Under the pieces are notes generated by a model. It worked only from the letters and a program-made list of their open reading frames with translations. It was not told where the DNA came from and searched no databases. A program made the translations under genes and the position numbers. Shown here one piece after another: positions 52,901 to 62,060 of a DNA stretch of 64,000 bases. Every line of letters begins with the position of its first letter. Position 1 is the first letter of the stretch. This DNA comes from Nitrospirales bacterium (lineage in GTDB: Bacteria; Nitrospirota; Nitrospiria; Nitrospirales; UBA8639), in NCBI GenBank assembly GCA_965223295.1, contig CBDCWC010000002.1, positions 704,001-768,000 of the forward strand, in the 5' to 3' direction.

Positions 52901-53023
52901 TTGTATCGCGTTCCAGCGATCAATACAGGCCAAATGTTTAAATCCCCCTGCGTTGAAATACTTGGGAAACAAATTAAGCAGGAGTTGCATCATGCTCGAC
53001 GAAACACCTCCACAAAGGCCTAG
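46907..53023 (+). CDS. single-module lipopeptide NRPS: FAAL-ACP-C-A-PCP-TE
   Basis: FAAL YLQYTSGST/YGLAE/FLRTGDLG; ACP LGLDSL; C HHIISD; A YTSGSTGMPKG/NSYGVTE/YKTGD; PCP GGYSL; TE GACMGG. Confidence 0.93.
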   Translation: MLISPSYQNTNQTLIDILSWIAENHPEKPAYVFLKDGKTENARCTYSELSYQAQAVGAGLRNRCKRGDRVLLLFPPGLDFIRALFGCFYAGVIAIPTPYPERHFPALYSRIQTITKDAQASLNLTTSALCNSENKRDLLSGDGPTLPCLALNDLMLSESNMDAGATIHAQDLAYLQYTSGSTSLPKGVKVSHDNVMSQCADLCLAGRCDTDSVLVNWMPHFHDFGLVQGLLVPLFAGIPAYIMSPLTFLKRPMNWLEAMSRLGGTHSGGPNFAYEHCVQKTTETERTTLDLQRWQVASCGSEPIQRETIQNFIHAFEPCGFKANALRPGYGLAEFTLMASGKPQIEPLRWEIVNRDALERHEVLSASENEMDSTRTLLGCGNVGAKTQIAVVDPNHLQKCGPHQIGEIWLAGPSVAQGYWNRPKETQDTFKAYLADTGEGPFLRTGDLGFLKDGELFITGRIKDLIISRGRNYYPHDIEQTIDANHQSLGKGKVAAVSSDREGEERLIVLKEVARSLEQSEIEKTAGLIRQTVIDHHDIQPYAVLFMKSGSLPLTTSGKIQRYACRLAYEAGDLPVLGSSVINLSSTSDFEQDTKIAYNTIQQSPAGHERQKALEDYLCQQLSQKLSQSPQHIKPTNTLSSLGLDSLMAIELRNHIEFNLRIDLPLSKIFEASCITDLAKTIEQRLTPTTDAHQKRLLTVSRDRSLPASFAQEGFWVLNRFNPGDPSHHICLQFTLTGSLNQKLLAEAFNHIIERHESLRTTFKSLDNQVVQVVAPSLTLPVSMIDLRQLPKIQRHKRVKEKIHEENLRPFDLEKGPLVRMSLIQTTSTEHVLLLSFHHIISDWHSIDLFLKELSGIYFSLLNGEQPRLSPLPIQYADYALWQRERLQGKESERLLDYWRKTLQGAPTTIDFPDRSIALREPAAHRTAGQFSLSHAQIKALKDLSHQEGTTVFMTLVAAFFVLLFRYTHQTDLVIGTPATNRIKQELDGLIGMFINPLVLRANMTGNPTFREFLQQVKHVTLKAYDHQAYPFELLVKELKPIRDKNQNPLFQVLFDFQSSNGLDLDLSGVDSKLQAYDPPNTQFDLTISLLEEPDSLEGRVDYNTELFDSGFVEHMAESFPILVNSALAQPDQSIANLTIMSNSEEDQLLNLWSGAADLDFHKSDSCIHELFESQVIQTPDAIAVVYQDEQLTYRELNDRATRLAHHLRSLGVYPDTLVGLCMPKGPDLVISILGILKASGAYVPLDPNYPNDRLRFILKDTQISIVLSQSSIPQEKFSSVNHVVLIDQDQGKIARYPKTNLPKVTSSENFAYMLYTSGSTGMPKGVVGTHKGLVNAYPAWEQAYRLQTVRNHLQLANVVFDVFLEDLLRALCSGGKLVICPEDLATSPQLLDLMRREAIDVIEMVPATMRVIVQYLEERRQKLDQIKLLIIGADRWNIAELPRLRKLCSPETRIINSYGVTESTVDSTYFEDTEYELEGSRAVPIGRPMHNTLIYILDEQLRPVPPYVIGELYIGGSGVARGYWNRPELTKERFVSNPFHPRCGNSLYKTGDRARFLGDGTIEFLGRQDYQVKINGLRIELGEIEHALSQHTEVKENVAVVGKDHLEHKVLTVYVVAKDSAHPPTSQNLREFLVEQLPRPMIPTTFVFLASLPSTPSGKINRQALPQPEAVAPLNQVEYQAPRTELERQLVQIWEDVLQKSPIGIREDFFDIGGYSLLAVSIFQQIEKLTGQTLPLSILFQASTIEKLAEAIGNNVKQPSLQALVPIQTTGTHPPLFIVHAIGGNVLTFAPLPKLLGKDQPIYGLQSIGLDGQERPINKIEEMAARYIQEVQIIQPRGPYFLAGACMGGVVAYEMAQQFHAHGQTVAFLGLVESWLPDLFDEPETWDFAMGPRVNYLVRGLQAQKEILKNLSGKDWLAFGRKKLKVIAQMASNMDVYKRKTDQQRDFVSHANQQALSTYVPKPYSGRISYFLAAKRSIPIKKDPRLKWNNYARGGFKLYRVPAINTGQMFKSPCVEILGKQIKQELHHARRNTSTKA

Positions 53024-53157
53024 GAGAGACATAGGAACACGAAATGCTTCCTGAGCAAAAAGATCAATTTTCTATAAATACTCCGAAGGCTGACAGAAGA
53101 ATCAGTCATAACTTTCACATCAAATCTCATTCCTACCTACTTGCCCCGAACTGATTT

Positions 53158-54981
53158 GTGGCGCGACTCTCTACCATTCAGTCGGACCTTCGAGCATTTT
53201 GGTTAAATCTCACTCGAGCTATGGGTTTTGTCTGGCAAGCTAGCCCAGGCTGGACGATTGGAAGTCTCGTGCTTCAAGCTATCTTGGGGCTGGTTCCCCT
53301 TGTTTCCTTGTATCTTCTCAAACAGATTGTCGATACCATTACACAAGTCTATGAAGAACAAGGGAACTCGGCAACATTTGATGATGTCTTGCTCTTCATC
53401 ATCTTGGCGGGACTTGTTGCATTTATGAGTGCAGCACTGACTGCCATTGCAGTGGTTGTCAAAGATGCCCAGGAAAACATTGTCACGGATTTTATGTCTC
53501 AAATGATCCACAACAAGGCCATAGAAGTTGACCTGGAATACTATGAGAATCCTGCCTATTACGACAAATTGCATCGCATGCAAAAAGAAGCGCCATTTCT
53601 TCCCACTAGAATTCTCCAATCGTTACTTCAAGGCATTCAATTTTTCATTTCATTGTTGGTCGTTGCTGGATGGCTTTTTTGGTTTCATTGGATCATTGTA
53701 CCGATCCTGTGCCTCACGGCTCTCCCAAAAGTTCTTGTGCGTTTACGATATACAGAGCACGGGCATGCATTAGAAATTCGCCATACGCCTCTTGAACGCA
53801 AGGCTTCATATCTTCATGAGTTGCTCACAAATGACTTATATGCCAAAGAGATTAGACTTTTTTTCATTGGAACTATATTCAGTCGCCGCTTCCAGAACAT
53901 TCGCAGACAACTGCGCAACGAGGAACTGTCTTTTGATAAAAAATGGCTACGCATTGGTTTACTCACTGAAGTTTTGCCAACACTTGGAGTCTTTGGCATG
54001 CTCTGTTTTGTGGCCTATCGAACCAGCCTGGGAGTGCTCACAATTGGAGACCTCGTTGTCGCCTTTCAGGCGATACAACGAGGACATGGGTTTTTACAGG
54101 GCTTCCTCACGAGCATCACCAATCTTTATGGAAACAACCTCTTCGTTCAAAATCTGCATGAATTCTTGAACATCCAACCCCGTCTCATCAGCCCCCCTGA
54201 GCCCAAAGCAATCCCGCGCCCTTTAGAACGAGGAATGGGCTTTCACAATGTCAGTTTCAATTATCCGAATGGAAAACACGAAATTTTAAGCAAGGTGTCT
54301 CTAGAAATCCGACCGGGTGAGCATATTGCCCTCGTAGGTGAGAATGGTGCGGGAAAAACCTCGTTGGTCAAATTGTTGTGCCGGCTCTACGACCCCACAC
54401 AGGGTAGCATTACCTTAGACAACATTGACCTTCGAGAATTTCCTCTTGCAGATCTTCGTAGGGAAGTGAGTGTCATGTTTCAAGATTTTGTCCGCTATCA
54501 TTTATCGGCACGAGAGAATATCTGGGTGGCAGACACCTCAGTCCCACTGGAATCAGAGCGAATTGAAACGGCCATTCACCAGGCTGGCGCCGAGGGAATT
54601 ATTACAAATTTGGATGCTGGCTATGACGCCATTTTGGGGAAACGATTTGAAGGCGGGCAGGAACTAAGTATTGGAGAATGGCAAAAGATTGCTCTTGCTC
54701 GGGCATTTCTTCGGGATTCACAAATATTGGTCCTCGATGAACCCACCAGCGCAATGGATGCTCGAGCAGAATACGAACTATTTCAAGGATTTCATTCGTT
54801 AACAAAAGGACGAACGGCTATCCTCATCAGCCACCGGCTCTCCTCAGTCAAAATGGTCGATCGGATTTATGTCCTTGAGCATGGCGCAATCATCGAAAGC
54901 GGGACACACCAGGAACTCATGACCTCCAATGGACGCTATGCTGCTCTGTTTAACATGCAGGCTCAAAAATATCAGTCCTGA
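53158..54981 (+). CDS. ABC exporter (fused TMD plus NBD)
   Basis: About 6 TM segments; GENGAGKT, LSIGEWQKIALAR, LDEPT, ISHRL. Confidence 0.92.
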   Translation: MARLSTIQSDLRAFWLNLTRAMGFVWQASPGWTIGSLVLQAILGLVPLVSLYLLKQIVDTITQVYEEQGNSATFDDVLLFIILAGLVAFMSAALTAIAVVVKDAQENIVTDFMSQMIHNKAIEVDLEYYENPAYYDKLHRMQKEAPFLPTRILQSLLQGIQFFISLLVVAGWLFWFHWIIVPILCLTALPKVLVRLRYTEHGHALEIRHTPLERKASYLHELLTNDLYAKEIRLFFIGTIFSRRFQNIRRQLRNEELSFDKKWLRIGLLTEVLPTLGVFGMLCFVAYRTSLGVLTIGDLVVAFQAIQRGHGFLQGFLTSITNLYGNNLFVQNLHEFLNIQPRLISPPEPKAIPRPLERGMGFHNVSFNYPNGKHEILSKVSLEIRPGEHIALVGENGAGKTSLVKLLCRLYDPTQGSITLDNIDLREFPLADLRREVSVMFQDFVRYHLSARENIWVADTSVPLESERIETAIHQAGAEGIITNLDAGYDAILGKRFEGGQELSIGEWQKIALARAFLRDSQILVLDEPTSAMDARAEYELFQGFHSLTKGRTAILISHRLSSVKMVDRIYVLEHGAIIESGTHQELMTSNGRYAALFNMQAQKYQS

Positions 54982-55573
54982 CTATGGCCATTGATCGACA
55001 ACCACAAGCCTGCCCTTGCTAGCACTGTTCCAATATCTTCACAATGGAGAAGGTTCTCCCCTTTTACTCTCCTTTCTACTCTTTTAAAATACCCTACCGG
55101 TTCACATTGCCTTCGGCTTATCCCGATTACGGAGAAATCCATTAGTTCAGCAACTTGATGTTTTTCAAGATTTCTGTTCCCATATGCTAAAGAATCGGAA
55201 ACCTGATAACCACTAAGAAAACGAGATTGGCTGGACTCTTTCGATTTCAATATTTTGGGGCAATTCGATATTGGTTCATAAATGGTTGGCTCCAAGTCCG
55301 ATGCAAATCACTCATTTGGACTTCTAGAGGAATCCACAAACGCATTTGGGTATGACGCTAATATAGTATGACTAAATCACATAGATGAGTTGTCCTGGAA
55401 AATTTTATGTCAATCGTTACTTCTTTATTATATGTTGTGAGTATGACGATAGCTCGCGCGGCCACTCAGTCTGTAATTTTCATAATCTTGAGCCATGTGC
55501 ACGCTCAATATGATTCAGCTTTTTCAGGCGTGGGCACCATGTCGTCTTAATAAAATGGAGAAAGGATTCTCCC

Positions 55574-56308
55574 ATGATTGAAATTCCAAGCCTGAGGCCT
55601 GAGTCACGCTACGGAATTCCTACGGCAGACCTCGTCTTGTTCAATCGTCAGTATATCGTGGGCTATTCCTATTTGTTTCGCCAGCCGAGATGGGCCATGC
55701 AGATTATCGATGAGGGTACCATGCAGATGAAGGGCGACTTTGATCGTCTTGACAATTTTCGCGAAGATTTGCGCATCCCCGAGAAATTTCGATCGACTCT
55801 GGACGATTACAAAGGATCTGGATTTGATCGAGGCCATCTGATCAACAGCGCAGACCGCAAAACTTCTCGAATTATTAATAGCGAAACATTTCTCTTGAGC
55901 AATATGAGTCCGCAGAAACTCGACTTCAATCGGGATATTTGGCTTGAACTAGAAAATGCCATACGGATTCTTGCTGAAAAAGAGGAATATGCAGAAGTCT
56001 ACACCACCTGCGGACCACTATTTGCTATTGGAGACCCCATTGAAGTCATAGGCAAAAACCACGTCGTTGTTCCTGACGCATTTTTCAAATCGGTTCTAAC
56101 CGAAAGAACAAAGGCTAAATCGACGAATTAGCTAAAAATGTGGCCCTTCGTGATCCCTAACGGGAAAACCACTAAGTCTCTACAGGATTTTTTAGTGCCA
56201 ACAAGTGAAGTGGAACGTCGGGCCGGACTCCCCTTATGGGATCGGTTAAGAGGCAAGAAAAGCGATGCGCTCAGAACAAAAAAGGGTAGAATGTGGTCAG
56301 TACGGTAG
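55574..56308 (+). pseudogene. DNA/RNA non-specific (NucA/EndoG-like) endonuclease with an in-frame TAG at 56129-56131
   Basis: DYKGSGFDRGH, ETFLLSNMSPQ, FNRDIW-x2-LE; the same frame continues after TAG as LKMWPFVIPN...EVERRAGL to 56308. Confidence 0.8.
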
Positions 56309-56396
56309 CTCTCTGGCCAATATCAGTACACTGAGGCTGAATAGAAGTGCCTGTTGGTTCTCTGTAACCTGAAACGTTTAAATTTCATTCAGCATA

Positions 56397-56474
<78 letters not shown>

Positions 56475-56485
56475 ATCCTTTATTT

Positions 56486-56986
56486 TCAATGACTTATGAA
56501 TGGGCCTGATGCGCGTTTTCCATCAGGTGTTATTAAGGTGTTAGCCGTATATTTCTCAAACATGGCGGCCGCCTGGTGAAGATCTGCTGGCTTAATTGAA
56601 TTATAACGCCGCTGCATTTGTTCAGACTTGTGGCCGACAATCTTCATGGCCGTCATCGTATCCACTCCTGCTCGTCTCAGGTTCGTCGTGGCCGTGTAGC
56701 GAAAGTCATGGAGCCGCAGGTCACGAATCCCCGCTCGCCGGCACGCCGCAGCAAATGCTGTCCGTGGATTTTTCCACGGTTTTCCTTTATACAGGAAAAC
56801 CCGATTGGTGTCTAGGCGACACTCGTTCCATAATTCCCAAAAGACGGCATGCACATCCCGCGTCATTGGGACGATTCGTGTTTCCCCACTTTTAGTCTGA
56901 CGAAGTGTAAATTCTCGCCGTCTCAAGTCGACATCCGCCCATTCGGGCTTGAGCAATTCTCCTCTTCTTGGGCCGAGCCCGCGCAA
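56486..56986 (-). pseudogene. tyrosine recombinase/integrase, C-terminal catalytic fragment
   Basis: RRGEL, TKSG, HDFR, VGHKS, RRY; no N-terminal binding domains. Confidence 0.85.
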
Positions 56987-57039
56987 CGATCAAGAATCGA
57001 AGGAGATGGAAACAGCGGCATGTTTTAACCGTTCCCTCT

Positions 57040-57800
57040 CTTCACTGTGTAAATGGTTATCATGACCGTTTTATTACATAAGGAAGAATGATGAACAAGT
57101 TCAATACGAAAACCAATACCCTGCTACATGACTTATTGAAGGATTGTGAGTCGCCAGAAGATATTCTGGGGAAAACATGGGTTACTCAAAGGGTTAACCA
57201 AACGTCTTGTTAAATGAGCCTTGCAGGCAGGCGGAATTGACCGAACATCTGGGCTATGCCCCTCATGCTCGACATCAGGGCAAGGACGGTAATGTTCGTA
57301 ATGGCACCAGGGCCAAAACCGTGGAGACGGACCAGGATCCGGTGGAGCTGCAAGTCCCCTGAGATCGATCGGGCACATTTGAACCGATAGTCGTGAAGGA
57401 ACGTCAACGCCGTCTTGAGGGATTTGATGACAAAGTCTTAGCGCTTTAAGCGCATGGGCTGACTACTCGCGAGATTCATGGAGATCTGGAAGAGTTCTGA
57501 TATGCGGCTCTAGCAGAGCCGGCCTTTAGAGACGGTTTATCCCATTTTCTATATTGATTGTCTATTTGTAAAATCCCGGCATGAGGGATCGGTCAAGACG
57601 ATAGCCGTCTATGGCAACCTGGACGTCACGCTCACTGCGGTAAAGGAATTGTTAGGCCTCCGGCTGAGTGAGACGGAAGGGGCGAAAGTGTGGCTGGCAA
57701 TTTTTACTGAATTACAGCAACGTGGGGTAAAAGATTGCTTCGTGGCCTGTGTCTATGGATTGCCAGGATTACCCAAATCGTTGGGAATCATCTTTTCCCC
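57040..57800 (+). mobile_element. IS256-family transposase remnant (multiple stops and frameshifts; ends approximate)
   Basis: Fragments AELTEHLGY, RNG, DRSGTFEP, GLTTREI, KELLGL, EGAKVW, ELQQRGVKD. Confidence 0.8.
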
Positions 57801-57934
57801 AAACGTAAGTCCAATTGAACATAGTTTGTGGCTTTATGTCTTTTCTATTCGTAAGAAGGCAAAAAAGAATACGCAACGGATACAAACCATTCCTTTCATG
57901 AATGAGGAATATGATTTTTGTCGTATGCTGCTGA

Positions 57935-59614
57935 CTACAATCCACATACCTTTTCTGAAAGTTCATCAATAAGGACTTTTTGATTTTCGGAATAATCTAC
58001 AGGCACATCAATGATGTGTACTCCACCTTTCTCAAATGCTTTCTCAAAAATTGGAACAAGATCGCTAGCAGCCTGAATTCGGTGACCATATCCACCAAAA
58101 CTTTCAGCATATTTCACAAAATCAGGATTTTTGAAATCTAGACCCCAATCGGAAAAGTTAGCGGCCGTTTGTTTCCAACGAATCATACCATACGCGCTGT
58201 CATTCAAAATGGTCACGACCAGATTAAGATTCAATCGCACCGCCGTTTCTACCTCTTGACTATTCATCATGAAACCACCATCACCACAAATCGCCATCAC
58301 GCGACGGTCAGAATAAAGTAACGCTGCCATCATAGCAGAGGATAATCCAGCGCCCATCGTTGCTAATGCATTATCTAGGAGAACAGTATTAGGGTGATAG
58401 GCTTTATAATTACGGGCATACCAGATTTTATAGATACCATTATCTAAGGCAATAATATCGTGTTCCCTCATAACTTTCCTCGTATCAGCAACGATGCGTT
58501 GAGGAATAATCGGAAAGCGACCATCTTCAGCTCCTTGGCGTATATGCCATTCCACTTCTTTGCGAACCTTATCAAAATATGCGGTATCGAATTGTATTTC
58601 ACCCCCTAGGTTTTTCTTGAGAAGTTGCATAGAACGCGCCAAGTCGCCAACCACCTCGATCTGCGGAAAGTATACTTGATCAACCGTAGCAGCTTTATAG
58701 TTGATATGAATGACTTTTTTACCACTTTTTTCCATAAAGAATGGCGGTTTTTCTACGACATCGTGACCGACATTAATAATCAGATCGGCACGGTCAATCG
58801 CACAATGCAGATAATCACTATCAGACAAGGCTGCCGTTCCCATAAAAAGATCAGATCGTTCATCCACGACACCTTTACCCATTTGAGTCGTAAAAAATGG
58901 AATACGGATTGTCTCCACAAATTCGCACAAAGCCCTATGCGCGTTCTTTCGATTGGCCCCAGCTCCAATTAGTAGCAAAGGCATTTTCGAGTTTTTAATA
59001 AGCTTGCTGGCTTCATCTAGAATAGATTCACCCGCTACAGCATAATGACGTGCATGAGGCTTTAAAACCTGCTCCTCCGTATCCTCTGTAGCGATATCTT
59101 CCGGCAACTCAAGGAGCACAGCACCTGGGCGCTCCTCTTCAGCAATTCGAAACGCTTCCCGAACCAAAGCGGGGATCGTGTTACCATGGACGATTTGTTC
59201 GGACATCTTGCAAATCGGTTTGAATAAATTAACGATATCCACGATTTGAAATCGACCTTGTTTGGAATTCTTAATCGACTTTTGACCTGAAATGATCAGC
59301 AACGGCATTCCACCAAGTTGAGCAAAAGCAGCAGGAGTGGCCAAATTGGTCGCACCTGGGCCTAAGGTAACCAAACACACACCTGCCTTGCCCGTGAGAC
59401 GTCCATGCGTTGCCGCCATAAAGCCCGCACCTTGTTCATGACGTGTCAAAACAAGCCTAATGTTTGAATCGCGTAGAGATTCCACTATATCCAAATTCTC
59501 TTCTCCTGGAAGCGCGAAAATATACTCAACACCTTCCGCCTCAAGAGCCTGCACGAGAAGATCAGACGCTTTACTCTTTGTGGTCTTGTATGGCATTTTT
59601 CCGTATGAACTCAT
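57935..59614 (-). CDS. acetolactate synthase large subunit-like TPP enzyme
   Basis: RHEQGAGFMA, TLGPGATN, LDNALATMG, GDGGFMMNSQE. Confidence 0.92.
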   Translation of the reverse strand: MSSYGKMPYKTTKSKASDLLVQALEAEGVEYIFALPGEENLDIVESLRDSNIRLVLTRHEQGAGFMAATHGRLTGKAGVCLVTLGPGATNLATPAAFAQLGGMPLLIISGQKSIKNSKQGRFQIVDIVNLFKPICKMSEQIVHGNTIPALVREAFRIAEEERPGAVLLELPEDIATEDTEEQVLKPHARHYAVAGESILDEASKLIKNSKMPLLLIGAGANRKNAHRALCEFVETIRIPFFTTQMGKGVVDERSDLFMGTAALSDSDYLHCAIDRADLIINVGHDVVEKPPFFMEKSGKKVIHINYKAATVDQVYFPQIEVVGDLARSMQLLKKNLGGEIQFDTAYFDKVRKEVEWHIRQGAEDGRFPIIPQRIVADTRKVMREHDIIALDNGIYKIWYARNYKAYHPNTVLLDNALATMGAGLSSAMMAALLYSDRRVMAICGDGGFMMNSQEVETAVRLNLNLVVTILNDSAYGMIRWKQTAANFSDWGLDFKNPDFVKYAESFGGYGHRIQAASDLVPIFEKAFEKGGVHIIDVPVDYSENQKVLIDELSEKVCGL

Positions 59615-60945
59615 CGAGGTGTCCTCTCTGTCTTTGTAAGGTATGCATTATGGTACCGAAGCTTCATTTTGGTGAGAGAAAAATGGAAGATCATAAATAA
59701 ATTGGGGAAGAAGTTCTGAGCCCTCACTCGATTGATCACCAACTAGCAGGGTATTTCGTACACCTTTTGCCCCCCCTTCAAACGCATTTTCAATCGCAAC
59801 ACCTAATTCCGCCCAACTATTCACAGTGCCTCTAAGAGTCGTGATTCCATCCTTCACTGAAACAGTAATATTCTCACTGTCGATGAACGGACTCCACCAC
59901 AATTCATTTCGAATATTTTTGAATATCACCCAATCTGGCTTCCACGTCCATTCAGCATCTATCTGTAAACGGTTTTTCACATTGACCGTGCCTCTCACTT
60001 TTGCTGAAAGATCTTCGGCTAACACCTTTTCAAAAACAGTATCGACTCTCCCATGTAGCCAAACTTGTCCGTCCTTTACCGAAACGATGACCTGCGATGG
60101 AGCCATACTAGGTTCTCGCAATATAGCTCCGCGAATTTTCTCATTTAGCTCTTGATCACTAACCTCATGCGCAGGACGCACCTTAAGAAGATTGTTGACC
60201 ATCTTGACACCTACGATGTGCTTCGCATCTTGTTCTGCAGCCTTTCTAGCCTTCAAATTATCGACCATGCCAGTTAATGTGACATTTCCATCATCTACTG
60301 AAATCTGGGGGTTAAAGGCAGAAACTCTAGGATCATATTGGAATGCAAGTTTGACGGCTTTAGCGATTTCTTGGTCGGTTTTAGCTATAGACTTATTAGT
60401 TCTATACACATCTTTTATGGTTTCCCATCTTACCCGAAGGTCATCGGCTACTACGGAGGTCACCCCGCTTACCCAAGCATTCTGATAAGCACGATCTCTT
60501 TCAGCTGCGCTTCGCACCGTTCCATGAAGCAAAACGTTCCCATTTTCGACATGAATACGAATTGTAGGGCCGAAAACCCAAACATCCATTTCAAGTCTCG
60601 CTCTAATCTCATCAGCAATTTCAATATTGGGCCGCTGAATCTTTTCCTTCACAGTTAATTCATCTTTAACTTCAGAAATGCCAACAACTCCCGAAGCGAC
60701 ATTTCTGGTGAGTAGTTTAGCTGTCCACGATGGTATTTCTCCCAAAAGCGTGACCTGCCCCTCATTCACCTCAACGACAATGTTGAATGAATCGGTTGCC
60801 GGATCCTCATGTAAAACACGTATGACCTCTTGGCGAAATTCCTGGTCTGTTAATGAGCCACGTTTTACTTTGATAAGATTCACGACGCCTTGCACGCCTT
60901 TAATAGTTTTTGCGATTTTTGCAGCTCGCATTGTAAGCTTCCCCG

Positions 60946-61722
60946 TCAAGCGGACAGGTCATAACTAGAGTGTTCTGGTGTTGGTTGATAATAGGCACAG
61001 GGCGGTGTTCCCCGTAGCGCGTCATGTGGGCGGTGTTCATTGTAGATGGTCATCCACTCGGACGTGAGTTCCCGCACTTCCTCTAAACTCCGAAACAGAT
61101 AGAGATTCAGCACTTCATTCCGATAGGTGCGATTGAATCGTTCAATAAATGCATTCTGTGTGGGACAACCGGGTTGAATGTGATAGATCAACACGCGATT
61201 GGCTTTTCCCCAATCTTTTAGTGCCTGTGAGAGAAATTCTGGTCCGTTATCAACCCGAATCATGTGAGGTAACTCCCGCTCAGTCTTCAAGCGGTCCAAC
61301 ACGCGGATAATCCGTTCAGCTCTTAGAGAGGTATCAATCTCAATCGCCAAGACCTCCCGATTGAAGTCATCGAGGATATTGAAGGTGCGAAACCGCGTGC
61401 CGTGATACAAGGTATCGCTCATGAAGTCGGCTGACCACACCTCATTGGGACCTTCTGGCACAAACACCGGCCAGGAAGGACGCTTGGGCAGCTGGCGTCT
61501 GGTGCGACGAGGCTGATTGTGTCCTAACTGCCGATAGACGCGGTACACCCGTTTGTGATTCCAGACATGTCCGAGGACTCGCAATCGCCGGATATATTTC
61601 CAGATGCCCCAGCGCGGGTACTGCTCCACTAACTGATTCAGGGCCTCAATAATTTCCTGATCACGGATCTGCCAATCAACGGGCGCTTGGTAATACGCCG
61701 ACCGAGAAAATTTGAGAGCCAC
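60946..61722 (-). CDS. IS3 transposase OrfB (DDE)
   Basis: WSADF, RVDNGPEF, QNAFIERFN, RPHDAL. Confidence 0.9.
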   Translation of the reverse strand: MALKFSRSAYYQAPVDWQIRDQEIIEALNQLVEQYPRWGIWKYIRRLRVLGHVWNHKRVYRVYRQLGHNQPRRTRRQLPKRPSWPVFVPEGPNEVWSADFMSDTLYHGTRFRTFNILDDFNREVLAIEIDTSLRAERIIRVLDRLKTERELPHMIRVDNGPEFLSQALKDWGKANRVLIYHIQPGCPTQNAFIERFNRTYRNEVLNLYLFRSLEEVRELTSEWMTIYNEHRPHDALRGTPPCAYYQPTPEHSSYDLSA

Positions 61723-61793
61723 ACACCCTCGTGTGATCGAGACGCCATGTGTCTCTTGTAGGGACTGAATGGCCTCCCGTTTCTCCGCCGGCG

Positions 61794-62060
61794 TTAGAGC
61801 TTTTTTTCGATCAAATCCTTCAGCGCCCGATTCTCTAAGGCCAGATCCGCATACATCCGTTTAAGCTTCGAGAGTTCGCCTTCTGTTTCTTTGAGGCGTT
61901 TCAGATCCGAGGCTTCTAAGCCCCCGTACTTCGCTTTCCAATTGTAATAGGTCGCATCACTGATGCCATGCTCCCGGCACAAGTCTTTGATCTTGATGCC
62001 GGCGTCACCTTGTTTCAAGATGGCGACGATTTGGGTTTCGCTGAATCGACTCGTTTTCAT
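61794..62060 (-). CDS. IS3 transposase OrfA
   Basis: MKTSRFSETQI...CREHGISDATYYNWKAKYGG; GGAGG RBS. Confidence 0.9.
   Translation of the reverse strand: MKTSRFSETQIVAILKQGDAGIKIKDLCREHGISDATYYNWKAKYGGLEASDLKRLKETEGELSKLKRMYADLALENRALKDLIEKKL

Noticed and set aside
54972-55295. 107-aa minus-strand ORF after the ABC exporter
   Set aside because: TTG start, no RBS or recognisable motif; no RiPP precursor-like features either
56129-56131. Pyrrolysine or programmed readthrough of the nuclease TAG
   Set aside because: No pyl genes or supporting signal in the window; other genes use TAG as a normal stop
60932-60949. Start MTGKLT of the 433-aa BON ORF
   Set aside because: These codons come from the IS end; the true 5' part lies at 62131-62410
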